The position numbers and the translations under genes are program-made. The notes under the pieces were generated by a model. It had not been told where the DNA came from. It searched no databases and saw only the letters and a program-made list of their open reading frames with translations. 64,000 nucleotides of DNA from Clostridiales bacterium (GTDB lineage: Bacteria; Bacillota; Clostridia; Christensenellales; QALW01). Of this stretch, positions 30,038 to 39,769 are shown in pieces (the stretch's first letter is position 1; the number at the start of each line of letters is the position of its first letter). Where the stretch lies: contig SVIH01000007.1 in assembly GCA_015069575.1 (NCBI GenBank), forward strand, positions 13,925-77,924, written 5' to 3'.

Positions 30038-30300
30038 AATAAACCCGCAAAGATATTACTATCTATGCGGGATGATCAACATTTTTTTGACCACGGTACC
30101 ACCCGTTTTGCCCTTAATTTAAGGACCGCTTAATAGGTTCAGACAAACCTTTGTTCTGTTACGGGAACACCCGAAGTTTCTTACTTAAACTTCCGAAACC
30201 CTGCTCCAATACGAGACAATTTTAATTATGCCTATCGTTTTGCACCAAACAACGACTCTCTGAAAGCGCAAAAAATTAAAATTTAATATTTTCACCGCAT
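30038..30300 (-). ncRNA. T-box riboswitch, specifier CUC (Leu)
   Basis: GCGGTGAAAATA/TATTGGAGC, CAGAGAG, GGTGCAA, codon CTC (30215-30213) before g-TATT, T-box AAACGGGTGGTACCGTG, and terminator cccgcatagat...atctttgcggg-ttt. Confidence 0.88.
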
Positions 30301-30320
30301 TTAATATTTAAGTTTTTTAT

Positions 30321-30349
30321 ATGATATATCAAATTAATTATTCTGTCAA
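30321..30349 (-). promoter_or_regulatory. sigma-A promoter for the Leu T-box unit
   Basis: TTGACA-17 nt-TATCAT. Confidence 0.7.
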
Positions 30350-30357
30350 ACAGTTTT

Positions 30358-31152
30358 TTAGTTATCTTCTAATAATAAAAGCGCGTTTTTATAGGCAATT
30401 TTCTCTTTTTGGTCATAAGGAATATCTAGGTTTAATAAATACTCTGCTTCCTTAATAGGATCCCACAGGGGAAAATCACTGCCAAAGAGCACTCTATCCG
30501 CACCGTAACCGTTTATGTATTTTTTTATTAACCCTTCAGGCATAAACATATGGCTTGAACACATATCAACAAAACAAGAGGTGTTTTTTAAAAGTTCAAG
30601 CGCTTCATCAAAGAGCATCCATCCCCCTAAATGCGCGCCTATTACAGTTAATTTAGGAAAATTATCAAGAACACGCTTTAATCTTTTAGGATGTGAAAAA
30701 TCGTACCTGGGGTCGCCACAATGTATCATCATCGGCAATTTGCCCTGAAGATAATCATACATTGGAAAAAGGCGCTGATCATCAATATTAAACTGTTGGG
30801 TATCGGGGTGAATTTTTACGCCTTTTAAACCAGACTCCTGAATAAATTCAACCTCGCCTAAAATATCATCCATACTAGCGTGAACCGTACCAAAGCCGTA
30901 CAATTCTTTATGATTATTTACTTCATAAAGTGCCGCCTGATTTACATGGCGTACTGTATTAGGTTTTAATGCAACCGGCAGAATTACGAATTTTTCAATA
31001 TTTGCTTGTTTTCCACATTCAATTAAAACCTTACTTGTACCGCATTTATCCCCTAAACCTTCTTTTAAATCGTAAAAATTTATTACATTTTCAGTTGCTT
31101 TTTGGGCTATGCTTTCCGGATAAACATGGGTATGAAAATCTATAAGTTTCAT
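30358..31152 (-). CDS. amidohydrolase family protein (Amidohydro_2)
   Basis: IDFHTH, GVKIHP, IHCG, AHLGG, LFGSDFP. Confidence 0.85.
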   Translation of the reverse strand: MKLIDFHTHVYPESIAQKATENVINFYDLKEGLGDKCGTSKVLIECGKQANIEKFVILPVALKPNTVRHVNQAALYEVNNHKELYGFGTVHASMDDILGEVEFIQESGLKGVKIHPDTQQFNIDDQRLFPMYDYLQGKLPMMIHCGDPRYDFSHPKRLKRVLDNFPKLTVIGAHLGGWMLFDEALELLKNTSCFVDMCSSHMFMPEGLIKKYINGYGADRVLFGSDFPLWDPIKEAEYLLNLDIPYDQKEKIAYKNALLLLEDN

Positions 31153-31155
31153 AAA

Positions 31156-31962
31156 TTAAAAATCTACTTCCTTAATGCCTTGTTCAGTTATAATGCATCT
31201 TTTTGCAAAGCCGACATCCTTGGCTAATTGTTCTGCCAAAGAGAATCCATAATCAAGGTAATCTTTATTATGGCAATCACTTGTAAAAATAATCTTACCG
31301 CCTTTTTCCTTGATATATTTAAGTATATTTTTTGATGGATACGGGCTTGTGCGATATCCCCTTGACATAGCACCTGTATTTATTTCAAAGGGAATGTTAT
31401 AAGGAATTAATGCATCTACTGCTTCTTTTGCTAAAAAAAGATATTCTTCCGTTTGTAAAACATTGCATCTTTCAAAATTTTTGCTTATTAAATCAAAATG
31501 CCCTATAATCTGGCAGTTTGTTTTTTCAACTACCGTTTTAACGTTTTCAAAGTAATCTTTAGCAAAATCAATAAAATTACCGTTATAAACGCTATTAACA
31601 AGGTGTTTAAATTCTTCTATACTTCCATCAACATTATATAATTTGTTATCTTTTTCAATATAATGGGTTGAGCCGATAACATAATCAAAATTACTTATAT
31701 CATCTGTTGAAATTATATCCTGTTCAATACCTAATAAAATAAGAATTTTATCCTTGTATTCTTCCTTTAAAGCATTGATATCCTGTATGTATTTTTCAGT
31801 GTTTTCTATATTCATACAGTAAGAGCCATCCCTATCAGTATGCCCGTGCCCTGAAAATCCAAGAATATCAAAGTTTAATTCTACGGCTTTTTCAACCATT
31901 TCCTTTGGAGAATTTTTACCATCACAAAAATAAGTGTGGGTGTGAAAATTTTCTTTTATCAT
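31156..31962 (-). CDS. hisJ: histidinol-phosphatase, PHP family (HisJ/HisK type)
   Basis: [35 protein letters not shown]; located in the his operon. Confidence 0.85.
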   Translation of the reverse strand: MIKENFHTHTYFCDGKNSPKEMVEKAVELNFDILGFSGHGHTDRDGSYCMNIENTEKYIQDINALKEEYKDKILILLGIEQDIISTDDISNFDYVIGSTHYIEKDNKLYNVDGSIEEFKHLVNSVYNGNFIDFAKDYFENVKTVVEKTNCQIIGHFDLISKNFERCNVLQTEEYLFLAKEAVDALIPYNIPFEINTGAMSRGYRTSPYPSKNILKYIKEKGGKIIFTSDCHNKDYLDYGFSLAEQLAKDVGFAKRCIITEQGIKEVDF

Positions 31963-32609
31963 TTTGTCATTTTTTCCTGTTTAACCTTATGGTCAATAAT
32001 ATGACGGCTTGCAAGTTCTTTTTGAATATCCTTAACAGAAATACCCATATCAACCATTAATACCATTAAGTGATATGCTAAATCGGCAATTTCATAAACG
32101 GTTTCGTTCTTATCATTTGCTTTGCCACCGATAATAACCTCAGTACTTTCTTCGCCAACCTTTTTAAGAATCTTATCTCTGCCTTTTGAAAAAAGATAAG
32201 TGGTATAAGAGCCTTCGGGCATATCGTTTTTTCTACCCTGCAATAAATCGTATAAGCCTTCTAAAGAAAACTCTTCCAATTCTTCATTTTGATAAACCTC
32301 ATTAAAGAAGCAGGAATCGTTTCCTGTATGGCAAGCAGGACCATCCTTTTCAACCACAACTACAAGTGCATCATTATCGCAATCAGCGTGTATAGAAACG
32401 ATATGCTGATAGTTACCGCTTGTTTCCCCCTTTAACCAGAGTTCCTGACGGCTTCTTGAATAAAAACAAGTTAAGCCTTTTTCCATTGAAATTTTAAGGC
32501 TTTCCTTATTCATATAAGCAAGAGTAAGCACTTTTTTTGAATAAGCATCAACAACTATCGCAGGAATTAAACCTTTTTCATCAAATTTTAATGCATTAAT
32601 ATCTATCAT
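31959..32609 (-). CDS. hisIE: phosphoribosyl-AMP cyclohydrolase / phosphoribosyl-ATP pyrophosphatase
   Basis: [31 protein letters not shown]. Confidence 0.95.
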   Translation of the reverse strand: MIDINALKFDEKGLIPAIVVDAYSKKVLTLAYMNKESLKISMEKGLTCFYSRSRQELWLKGETSGNYQHIVSIHADCDNDALVVVVEKDGPACHTGNDSCFFNEVYQNEELEEFSLEGLYDLLQGRKNDMPEGSYTTYLFSKGRDKILKKVGEESTEVIIGGKANDKNETVYEIADLAYHLMVLMVDMGISVKDIQKELASRHIIDHKVKQEKMTK

Positions 32610-32613
32610 TTTA

Positions 32614-33372
32614 TTATAGCCTCACTTCAATATTATTTTGTTTAAGTTCTTTTTTAAGGTCGTTAATTTTAATCTCACCAAAGTGAAAAACAGAAGCCGC
32701 AAGACCTGCGCTTATCTTTGGCACTTTATTAAATAAATCAATAAAATGTTGCGTTGACCCTGCACCACCTGACGCAATAACGGGTACTGTTACAAGTTCA
32801 GTTATTTTTTCAAGCAATTCAATATCAAAACCGCCCTTAACGCCATCGGTATCAATGGAATTAACAACGATTTCCCCTGCGCCCATATCAACGCCTTGTT
32901 TAATCCAAGTTAGTGCTTCTAATCCTGTGTTTTCCCTACCGCCTTTTGCAAAGACCCTGAAAGAGCCATCAACCCTTTTAATATCACAAGAAAGCACTAC
33001 ACATTGGCTACCGTAACGCTTTGCGCCCTGTTCAATGAGTTTTGGGTTTTTAATTGCGCCTGAATTAACACTTACTTTATCCGCACCGCATTTTAAAACA
33101 CGGTCAAAATCTTCTAAAGTATTGATTCCGCCACCAACGGTTAAGGGAATAAAAATATTTTTTGCACATTCAGTTAAAATATCGGTAAAAAGTTTTCTGC
33201 CTTCGCTTGATGCGGTTATATCGTAAAACACAAGTTCATCAGCACCGCAGGAAGAATAAAATTTGCCAAGTTCTACCGGCGAAGAAACATCAGAAAGCGA
33301 TTTGAAGTTTACGCCTTTTACTACTCTACCGTCTTTAACATCAAGGCAAGGAATAATTCGTTTTGTTAGCAT
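32614..33372 (-). CDS. hisF: imidazole glycerol phosphate synthase cyclase subunit
   Basis: [32 protein letters not shown]. Confidence 0.96.
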   Translation of the reverse strand: MLTKRIIPCLDVKDGRVVKGVNFKSLSDVSSPVELGKFYSSCGADELVFYDITASSEGRKLFTDILTECAKNIFIPLTVGGGINTLEDFDRVLKCGADKVSVNSGAIKNPKLIEQGAKRYGSQCVVLSCDIKRVDGSFRVFAKGGRENTGLEALTWIKQGVDMGAGEIVVNSIDTDGVKGGFDIELLEKITELVTVPVIASGGAGSTQHFIDLFNKVPKISAGLAASVFHFGEIKINDLKKELKQNNIEVRL

Positions 33373-34082
33373 CCTGTCACCTCTATCGCTTCTTTAATGT
33401 TAATTACACCAAGATAATATGCTTTGCCGATAATTGCGCCGTAAAGGTTCATTTCCTTTAATGCTTTAATATCTTCAATGGAATTTACACCGCCTGAAGC
33501 AACAATATCTATTTTATATTTTTCTGATAGTTCTTTATACATCTGACGGTTTGTGCCTTGCATTGTACCATCCTTTGTTATATCGGTGCAAATAACAGTT
33601 TTAACGCCAATATTAACAAGATCCTTAAAGAAATCATCCATTGTTATATCGGAGGTTTCAGTCCAGCCTTTTATAGCAACATTGCCATTTAATATATCTG
33701 CGCCAACTGCAACCTTTTCACCATATTTTTTAACTGCACTAACTAAAAATTCTCTATCTTTAACTGCGGCAGTACCTAAAATAACACGCATAACCCCTGC
33801 CTGAATGTACTTTTCAACGGTTTCCATATTACGAACACCGCCACCAACCTCTGCTTTTAAGCCCGAAACATCAATAATCTTTCTGATGGTTTCAATATTA
33901 GGGGTTGTGCCATCTTTTGCGCCTTCAAGGTCAACAATATGGATATATTCTGCCCCACTGTTTTTAAAATCAAGGGCAATCTCCCAGGGTTTATCACTAT
34001 AAACAGTCATTTCGTTATAATCGCCTTTATAAAGGCGTACTGCTTTACCTTCAAAAAGGTCTATTGCAGGAAAAATCTTCAT
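33366..34082 (-). CDS. hisA: ProFAR isomerase
   Basis: [26 protein letters not shown]. Confidence 0.95.
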   Translation of the reverse strand: MKIFPAIDLFEGKAVRLYKGDYNEMTVYSDKPWEIALDFKNSGAEYIHIVDLEGAKDGTTPNIETIRKIIDVSGLKAEVGGGVRNMETVEKYIQAGVMRVILGTAAVKDREFLVSAVKKYGEKVAVGADILNGNVAIKGWTETSDITMDDFFKDLVNIGVKTVICTDITKDGTMQGTNRQMYKELSEKYKIDIVASGGVNSIEDIKALKEMNLYGAIIGKAYYLGVINIKEAIEVTGC

Positions 34083-34096
34083 ACTTTTTGCCTTTC

Positions 34097-34708
34097 TTAT
34101 TCTGCTTCACAGAATCCTTTTAAAATCTTTAATCCTGTTTCACCGCTTTTTTCAGGGTGGAACTGACAACCAAAAACGTTTTCATTCTGAACGGCTGCAG
34201 TAAATTCCATACCGTAATCAGATGTTGCGATAATATTCTTTTTATTACATTCAGCGTAATAGGAATGAACGAAATACACATAATCCCCATCTTTAAGATA
34301 CTTAAAAATAGGACTGTTATTATACAGTTTTAACGAGTTCCACCCAATGTGTGGAATACGATATTCTTTATCAATTCTGCCTTCAAAACCAACGATTTTG
34401 CCATTTATAAGACTTAATCCCTGATGCACGCCAAATTCGTAACTTTCATCAAACAACAGTTGCATACCAAGGCATATGCCCATAACTGTTTTTCCTTTTT
34501 TGCATTCAGAAAGCAAAACATCTTTCATACCGCTTTCTTTTAATTTTTTTGTGGCATCTTCGAAGGCGCCAACGCCGGGAAGAATTATCTTTTTAGCGTC
34601 CTTAATTGTTTGAACATTATTTGTTATAATAGCGTCTTCACCTATTGCATTAAAGGATGACTTTAACGAAAACAGGTTGCCTACGCCATAATCAATAATT
34701 GCAATCAT
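34097..34708 (-). CDS. hisH: imidazole glycerol phosphate synthase glutaminase subunit
   Basis: IIDYGVGN, LPGVGAF, GICLGMQ, PHIGWN, QFHPEKS; start set at MIAIID. Confidence 0.95.
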   Translation of the reverse strand: MIAIIDYGVGNLFSLKSSFNAIGEDAIITNNVQTIKDAKKIILPGVGAFEDATKKLKESGMKDVLLSECKKGKTVMGICLGMQLLFDESYEFGVHQGLSLINGKIVGFEGRIDKEYRIPHIGWNSLKLYNNSPIFKYLKDGDYVYFVHSYYAECNKKNIIATSDYGMEFTAAVQNENVFGCQFHPEKSGETGLKILKGFCEAE

Positions 34709-34718
34709 ATTTTCCCCC

Positions 34719-35306
34719 TTACAAAACGCCTTTTGTGGAAGGAATTTCATCCTTATATTTTTCATTAATCTTAACTGCGTGCGCCATTGTACGAGCAAAT
34801 GATTTAAAAATTCCTTCAATAATGTGATGGGTGTTTGTGCCATCCATACGCACGATATGTAAAGTTATATTAGCATTGCGTGTAAAAGCGTAGAAAAATT
34901 CCTGAACAAGTTCAGTATCAAAATCCCCCACCCTTTTTGCAGGCATTTTTACTTTAAAGGAAAGATATGCTCTGCCTGAAATATCAACAGCAGTTAAAAT
35001 TAAGGCTTCATCCATAGGAATAACTGTGTGGCCGTAGCGATAGATACCTTTCATATCGCCTAAAGCCTTATTAAAAGCTAAACCTAAACAAATACCAATA
35101 TCTTCAACTGTGTGGTGATAATCAACAAAAGTATCGCCTATGCATTTTACAGTTAAATCAAATCTGCCGTGCTTTGCAAAAAGTGTAAGCATATGATCTA
35201 AAAAACCACAGCCTGTATTTATTTCATTTTTGCCACTGCCATCAAGATTAAGGGTAAGTTCAATATCGGTTTCCTTTGTTTTACGCTTTATATTAACTTC
35301 TCTCAT
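34719..35306 (-). CDS. hisB: imidazoleglycerol-phosphate dehydratase
   Basis: RKTKET, FLDHML, DYHHTVED, NTHHIIE, PSTKGVL. Confidence 0.96.
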   Translation of the reverse strand: MREVNIKRKTKETDIELTLNLDGSGKNEINTGCGFLDHMLTLFAKHGRFDLTVKCIGDTFVDYHHTVEDIGICLGLAFNKALGDMKGIYRYGHTVIPMDEALILTAVDISGRAYLSFKVKMPAKRVGDFDTELVQEFFYAFTRNANITLHIVRMDGTNTHHIIEGIFKSFARTMAHAVKINEKYKDEIPSTKGVL

Positions 35307-36364
35307 ATTTCCTCCAAAATTTCTTTTATAGCAAGTATTAAAGAGTGCATTTCTTCTAACGTGCCGATAGTTATCCTGTTAAAATCTTTTATTCGCTCTT
35401 GCGTAAAATGCCTTATAAGAATTCCTTTATCCTTTAATTTAAGATAAAGATCTTCACCTTGTATATCAGGGTGCTTTACAAAGATAAAGTTAGCATCACT
35501 TGGTAAAACAAAAAAGCCTAATTTTTTAAGTTCTTTAACAGTGCTTTCCCTGTTAATCATTATATCATTACAGTTATTTTCGTAGTATTCATTATCCATT
35601 AATGATGCTATTCCTGCAATTTGGGTAAGCCTATTTACGTTATATGGGTTTGTGGAATATTTAATCTTTTCTAAATCAGCAATAATTTCTTTATTACCAA
35701 ATGCGTAGCCAAGCCTTGCCCCTGCCATTGAACGAGATTTTGAATAAGTTCTTACAATAAGCAAGTTATCGTACTTATTTATTAAGTTTAACGCACTTGT
35801 ACCACCAAAATCAACATAGGCTTCATCAATGACAACAACATTTTGGGGATTACTTTTTATGATTTCCTCAATTTCATTAAGTTTTAAGGAAATTCCTGTT
35901 GGTGCGTTTGGGTTTGCAATTACTATCATTTTATTAAGGTTTATATAATCCTTATAATCAATAGTAAAATCTTCTTTTAATGGAATAATTTTAGTTTGAA
36001 CATTGTAAAGTTCTGCAAAAACTTTATAAAAACCGTATGTAATATCTGAAAATGCTACACCCTGTTCCCTTGCATAAGCCATAAAAGCAAAATTCAATAT
36101 TTCATCAGAGCCATTGGATACAAACACATTCTCTTTTAATACATCATAGGCTTTTGCAAGTTCTTCTTTTAAAACCTTGCTTTCAGGATCAGAATAAAGT
36201 TTTAAATTTTTAACCGCTTCACTGTTTACACATTCAATAACAACCGGTGATGGCGGAAACGGTGATTCATTAGTATTTAGTTTTATATATTTTTTATCCT
36301 GTGGTTGTTCGCCGGGAACATATTCTTTTAATGAATTATATAATGGTGTTATAAATTTACTCAT
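35303..36364 (-). CDS. hisC: histidinol-phosphate aminotransferase
   Basis: KLNTNESP, NGSDE, NPNAPTG, DEAY, RTYSK...GARLG. Confidence 0.95.
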   Translation of the reverse strand: MSKFITPLYNSLKEYVPGEQPQDKKYIKLNTNESPFPPSPVVIECVNSEAVKNLKLYSDPESKVLKEELAKAYDVLKENVFVSNGSDEILNFAFMAYAREQGVAFSDITYGFYKVFAELYNVQTKIIPLKEDFTIDYKDYINLNKMIVIANPNAPTGISLKLNEIEEIIKSNPQNVVVIDEAYVDFGGTSALNLINKYDNLLIVRTYSKSRSMAGARLGYAFGNKEIIADLEKIKYSTNPYNVNRLTQIAGIASLMDNEYYENNCNDIMINRESTVKELKKLGFFVLPSDANFIFVKHPDIQGEDLYLKLKDKGILIRHFTQERIKDFNRITIGTLEEMHSLILAIKEILEEI

Positions 36365-37635
36365 TTTTTCATCCTTATCAATGCACTGTTGGCGTGAGCG
36401 TCAAGACCTTCCTTATTGGCAAAATAAGCAACATCTTTTGCAACTTTTTCAAGTGCAGATTGTGTATAATATGAATACTGCATCTTTTTAACGAAATCAT
36501 CTACTGAAAGAGGGCTTGAAAATCTTGCAGTTCCGCTTGTGGGAAGCGTGTGATTAGGTCCTGCAAAATAATCGCCTAATGCTTCGGGACAAAATCTACC
36601 CATAAACACACTACCTGCATTTTTAACGCTATCTAAAATATCAAAGGGATTTTCTACTGCTAGTTCAAGATGTTCGGGTGCAATTTCATTTGCAATATCA
36701 ATAGCATACTTAATATCGGGGGCAACGATAATTTTACCGTTATTATCAATAGATGCCCTTGCAATATCGTATCTTGAAAGATTTTTTAGTTGTTCTTCAA
36801 TGGCACTTTGAACCTGTTTGGCAAGTTCCATAGAATCAGTTACAAGAACTGCACTTGCATTTTTATCGTGTTCTGCCTGTGACAGAAGGTCTGCCGCAAC
36901 AAACTGGGGATTACTGTTTTTATCGGCAACAACTAAAATTTCGCTTGGGCCTGCAATCATATCAATATCAACCATGCCAAACACCTGTCGTTTTGCTTCT
37001 GCAACGAAAGCGTTACCGGGCCCAACAATTTTATCAACCTTTGTAACGGTTTTTGTTCCGTAAGCAAGGGCTGCAACTGCCTGCGCGCCGCCAACTTTAA
37101 AGATTCTATCAACACCTGCAATCTTTGCAGCGGCTAAAATAACAGGATTTACCTTACCGTTTTTAAGTGGCGGTGTTGTTATGCATATTTCCTTGCAACC
37201 TGCAATTTTAGCAGGAATACTATCCATTAAAACTGTTGAAGGATATGCGGCTGTGCCACCGGGAACATAAAGACCTACCTTTTCAATAGGCATAACCTTT
37301 TGCCCTACCACAACGCCTTCCTGATTGTTTATAATAAAACTGTTTTTCTTTTGTGCTAAATGGAATTCCCTGATATTTTCTGCTGCATCCTTTAAGATAC
37401 GGATAAATTCAGGTTCAACAATATTAAAGGCTTCATCAATTTCTTCTTTGGTAACTTCAAGATTATCTAGTGAAGCACCATCAAATTTTAAGGAATATTC
37501 CTTTAAGGCATCGTCACCATTTGTAATAACATTTTCAATTATATCTTTAACTATTAAAGAAACGTCACCTGTTGGGTTATTACGGGCAAAAATTTCTTCG
37601 TTTGATACCTGACCAAATTCAAATATTTTAATCAT
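36361..37635 (-). CDS. hisD: histidinol dehydrogenase
   Basis: GLYVPGG, GPGNAFV, AGPSE, SQAEHD, APEHL, GPNHTLPT. Confidence 0.96.
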   Translation of the reverse strand: MIKIFEFGQVSNEEIFARNNPTGDVSLIVKDIIENVITNGDDALKEYSLKFDGASLDNLEVTKEEIDEAFNIVEPEFIRILKDAAENIREFHLAQKKNSFIINNQEGVVVGQKVMPIEKVGLYVPGGTAAYPSTVLMDSIPAKIAGCKEICITTPPLKNGKVNPVILAAAKIAGVDRIFKVGGAQAVAALAYGTKTVTKVDKIVGPGNAFVAEAKRQVFGMVDIDMIAGPSEILVVADKNSNPQFVAADLLSQAEHDKNASAVLVTDSMELAKQVQSAIEEQLKNLSRYDIARASIDNNGKIIVAPDIKYAIDIANEIAPEHLELAVENPFDILDSVKNAGSVFMGRFCPEALGDYFAGPNHTLPTSGTARFSSPLSVDDFVKKMQYSYYTQSALEKVAKDVAYFANKEGLDAHANSALIRMKK

Positions 37636-38261
37636 TGTTCATTCTCCACAATCTGTTGTAATTTGTTTTTGATTTCGTTAATTTTTTCTGTTTTAAAGCC
37701 AAAAGAAGACTTATTTGCAATTAAGCGGGCACTTATTGAAACAATATCTTCAATAGGCTCTAAACCGTTTTCATAAAGAGTTTTGCCTGTTTCAACAATA
37801 TCAACGATAACATCTGAAAGTTCTAAAATAGGTGCAAGTTCAATGGAACCGTTAAGGTGGATTATATCAATATCCCTTGCCTTCATCTGATAATGCTTTG
37901 CGGCAATATTAGAAAACTTTGTTGCAACCTTTAATGTTGTTGCGGTGTTATCCCTGAAATCTTTTTTTGCGGCAACTGCCATACGACAAGCGCCCATTTT
38001 TAAATCAAGAAGTTCATAAACATCAGGCTCATATTCAAGCAGAATATCTTTGCCTGCCACGCCGATATCTGCGGCACCGCGTTCAACATAAATAGAAACA
38101 TCACTTGGTTTTACCCAAAAGTATCTTATACCTTTTTCCTTATTTTCAAAGGTTAAACGGCGGTTGTTTTCTTTAATGGATTCACATTCGTAGCCTGCTT
38201 TTTCAAAAAGAGCATAAACCTTTTCACCAAGCCTGCCCTTTGGAAGTGCAATATTAAGCAT
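37632..38261 (-). CDS. hisG: ATP phosphoribosyltransferase (short form)
   Basis: IALPKGRL, GKDILLE, GSIELAP, DIVETGKTL. Confidence 0.95.
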   Translation of the reverse strand: MLNIALPKGRLGEKVYALFEKAGYECESIKENNRRLTFENKEKGIRYFWVKPSDVSIYVERGAADIGVAGKDILLEYEPDVYELLDLKMGACRMAVAAKKDFRDNTATTLKVATKFSNIAAKHYQMKARDIDIIHLNGSIELAPILELSDVIVDIVETGKTLYENGLEPIEDIVSISARLIANKSSFGFKTEKINEIKNKLQQIVENEQ

Positions 38262-39351
38262 CAGATAACTCCTTTTTGTTTAATTTTACTGCTTTTTTGT
38301 ATTTTATTTTTTTGGGGATTTCATAAGAAACAAGTACGGTTTCACCATTTTTTGAAAGTTCTTTTTGTGCTGAAAGTACATTTATTGGATCTTCGTTTTT
38401 ATTTACTACTAAAACATAATCCACATCATATTCAGGTAAAGAATTATTTAATCTTTCAAACCCATCAAGATAAACTGCAAAACCTATGGCGCTTGAATTC
38501 TTTTTTAATTTGCGCATTAACGCATCGTACTGACCGCCTGAAAGCACCCCTGTTGGTATGCCTTTTACATAGCCCTTAAAAACGATACCACTATAATAGC
38601 GCATATTGTTTGAAAGGGAAAAGTTAATGGTAATATTTTTTGAAAAACCACATTCGTTTAATGCATTTATAACTGTTTTAAATTCATTAAAAGCGTTTTT
38701 ACCTTCATCAGATTTTAGCATTAAATCGTTTTCAAGTTTATTAATATCAGTATAATTATTAATTAACAGGCATGCTTTTTCGGCTTGGTCTTCTGTAATT
38801 TTAGATTCAAGCACCATCTGATTTATTGCGCCTTCATTTTTTAAAGAGATATATTCGTTTACGGTTTTTATATTTTCTTCGTTTAAACCACTTTCCTTTA
38901 AATATGCTAATACGATGCCTGCGTGGGAAAGTTCAAGCATATACTGAGAACTTATGGCTTTAAGGCTTTCACAGGCTAAAGATGTAACTTCACAAATTTC
39001 ATAAACACCGATATTGCCAACACATTCAAGACCTGTTTGCATAATTTCCTTAAAACGCTTTGATTCACCTGAAACTCGGTAAACATTTTCGTTATAATAA
39101 AGTTTCTGAACGCTGTTTTCATTACCAAGGTGATTAATTATTGAAAGTGTAACGTCAGGCTTTAATGCAAGAAGTTTACCGTTAGTATCGGTAAAGGTAA
39201 TTACCCTATCGGAAATTAAAAAATCCTTATTACGAACATATAGATCGTATTCCTCAAAGGTGCTCATTTTATACTGAGTATATCCGTATTTTGAATAAAG
39301 TGAGCGTAATTTAAATACTGCAAGCTCTTCGTTTTTTAAAATTGTTTCCAT
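38254..39351 (-). CDS. hisZ: ATP phosphoribosyltransferase regulatory subunit
   Basis: HisRS-like LKPDVT, YYSGIVFKG, GGQYD; adjacent to the short hisG. Confidence 0.9.
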   Translation of the reverse strand: METILKNEELAVFKLRSLYSKYGYTQYKMSTFEEYDLYVRNKDFLISDRVITFTDTNGKLLALKPDVTLSIINHLGNENSVQKLYYNENVYRVSGESKRFKEIMQTGLECVGNIGVYEICEVTSLACESLKAISSQYMLELSHAGIVLAYLKESGLNEENIKTVNEYISLKNEGAINQMVLESKITEDQAEKACLLINNYTDINKLENDLMLKSDEGKNAFNEFKTVINALNECGFSKNITINFSLSNNMRYYSGIVFKGYVKGIPTGVLSGGQYDALMRKLKKNSSAIGFAVYLDGFERLNNSLPEYDVDYVLVVNKNEDPINVLSAQKELSKNGETVLVSYEIPKKIKYKKAVKLNKKELSDA

Positions 39352-39355
39352 AATC

Positions 39356-39646
39356 TTATTTTTCCTTATTTATTCTATCAAGAACAGTTTTGTATCCGCC
39401 ATTACCATATTTAATACAACGGTTTACCCTGCATACTGTTGCGGTGCTTGCGCCTGTTTCCTTACTGATTTCAGTATATACTTTACCTTCAATAAGCTGT
39501 TTGGCAACATCAAGCCTTTGCGCAATAGCTTCAAGCTCCTGAATAGTGCAGATATCGTTAAAGAAATTATCACATTCTTCTTTTGTTTCAAGAAGCAATA
39601 TTGCTTCAAACAAATTATTAAGGGATTCTTTATCAAACTTTTTCAT
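39356..39646 (-). CDS. TrpR-like YerC/YecD regulator (HisR)
   Basis: FFNDICTIQEL...QRLDVA...TGASTATVCRVNR...YGNGGY; first gene of the his operon. Confidence 0.88.
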   Translation of the reverse strand: MKKFDKESLNNLFEAILLLETKEECDNFFNDICTIQELEAIAQRLDVAKQLIEGKVYTEISKETGASTATVCRVNRCIKYGNGGYKTVLDRINKEK

Positions 39647-39677
39647 TTAAAAACCGTCCGTTTCGTTTATTTTTTCG

Positions 39678-39707
39678 TATTTTAACACGCTAAAGTGATA
39701 AAGTCAA
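39678..39707 (-). promoter_or_regulatory. his promoter with overlapping HisR-type operator
   Basis: TTGACT-17 nt-TAAAAT. The imperfect palindrome CACTTTAGCGTGTTAAAATA (39678-39697) overlaps the spacer and -10. Confidence 0.72.
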
Positions 39708-39739
39708 ATGATTTCGTATACTTTTTTAAAAAAAATTGA

Positions 39740-39764
39740 AAAAACGCAGTAAAAACTGCGTTTA
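39740..39764 (-). terminator. terminator after metA
   Basis: aaacgcagt-aaaa-actgcgttt hairpin. Confidence 0.7.
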
Positions 39765-39769
39765 AATGT

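Noticed and set aside
28647-30050. Calling this gene a functional leuA, or a pseudogene
   Set aside because: The catalytic motifs are missing, so it is not a working synthase. The ORF, RBS and regulatory domain are intact, so it is not an obvious pseudogene. The 30050 start lies inside the T-box terminator.
34709-34843. N-terminal extensions in the ORF track (hisH, also oppF, uppP, pckG, mrnC, DUF1538)
   Set aside because: They overlap upstream genes or promoters. Downstream starts have better RBS or coupling and match family N-termini.
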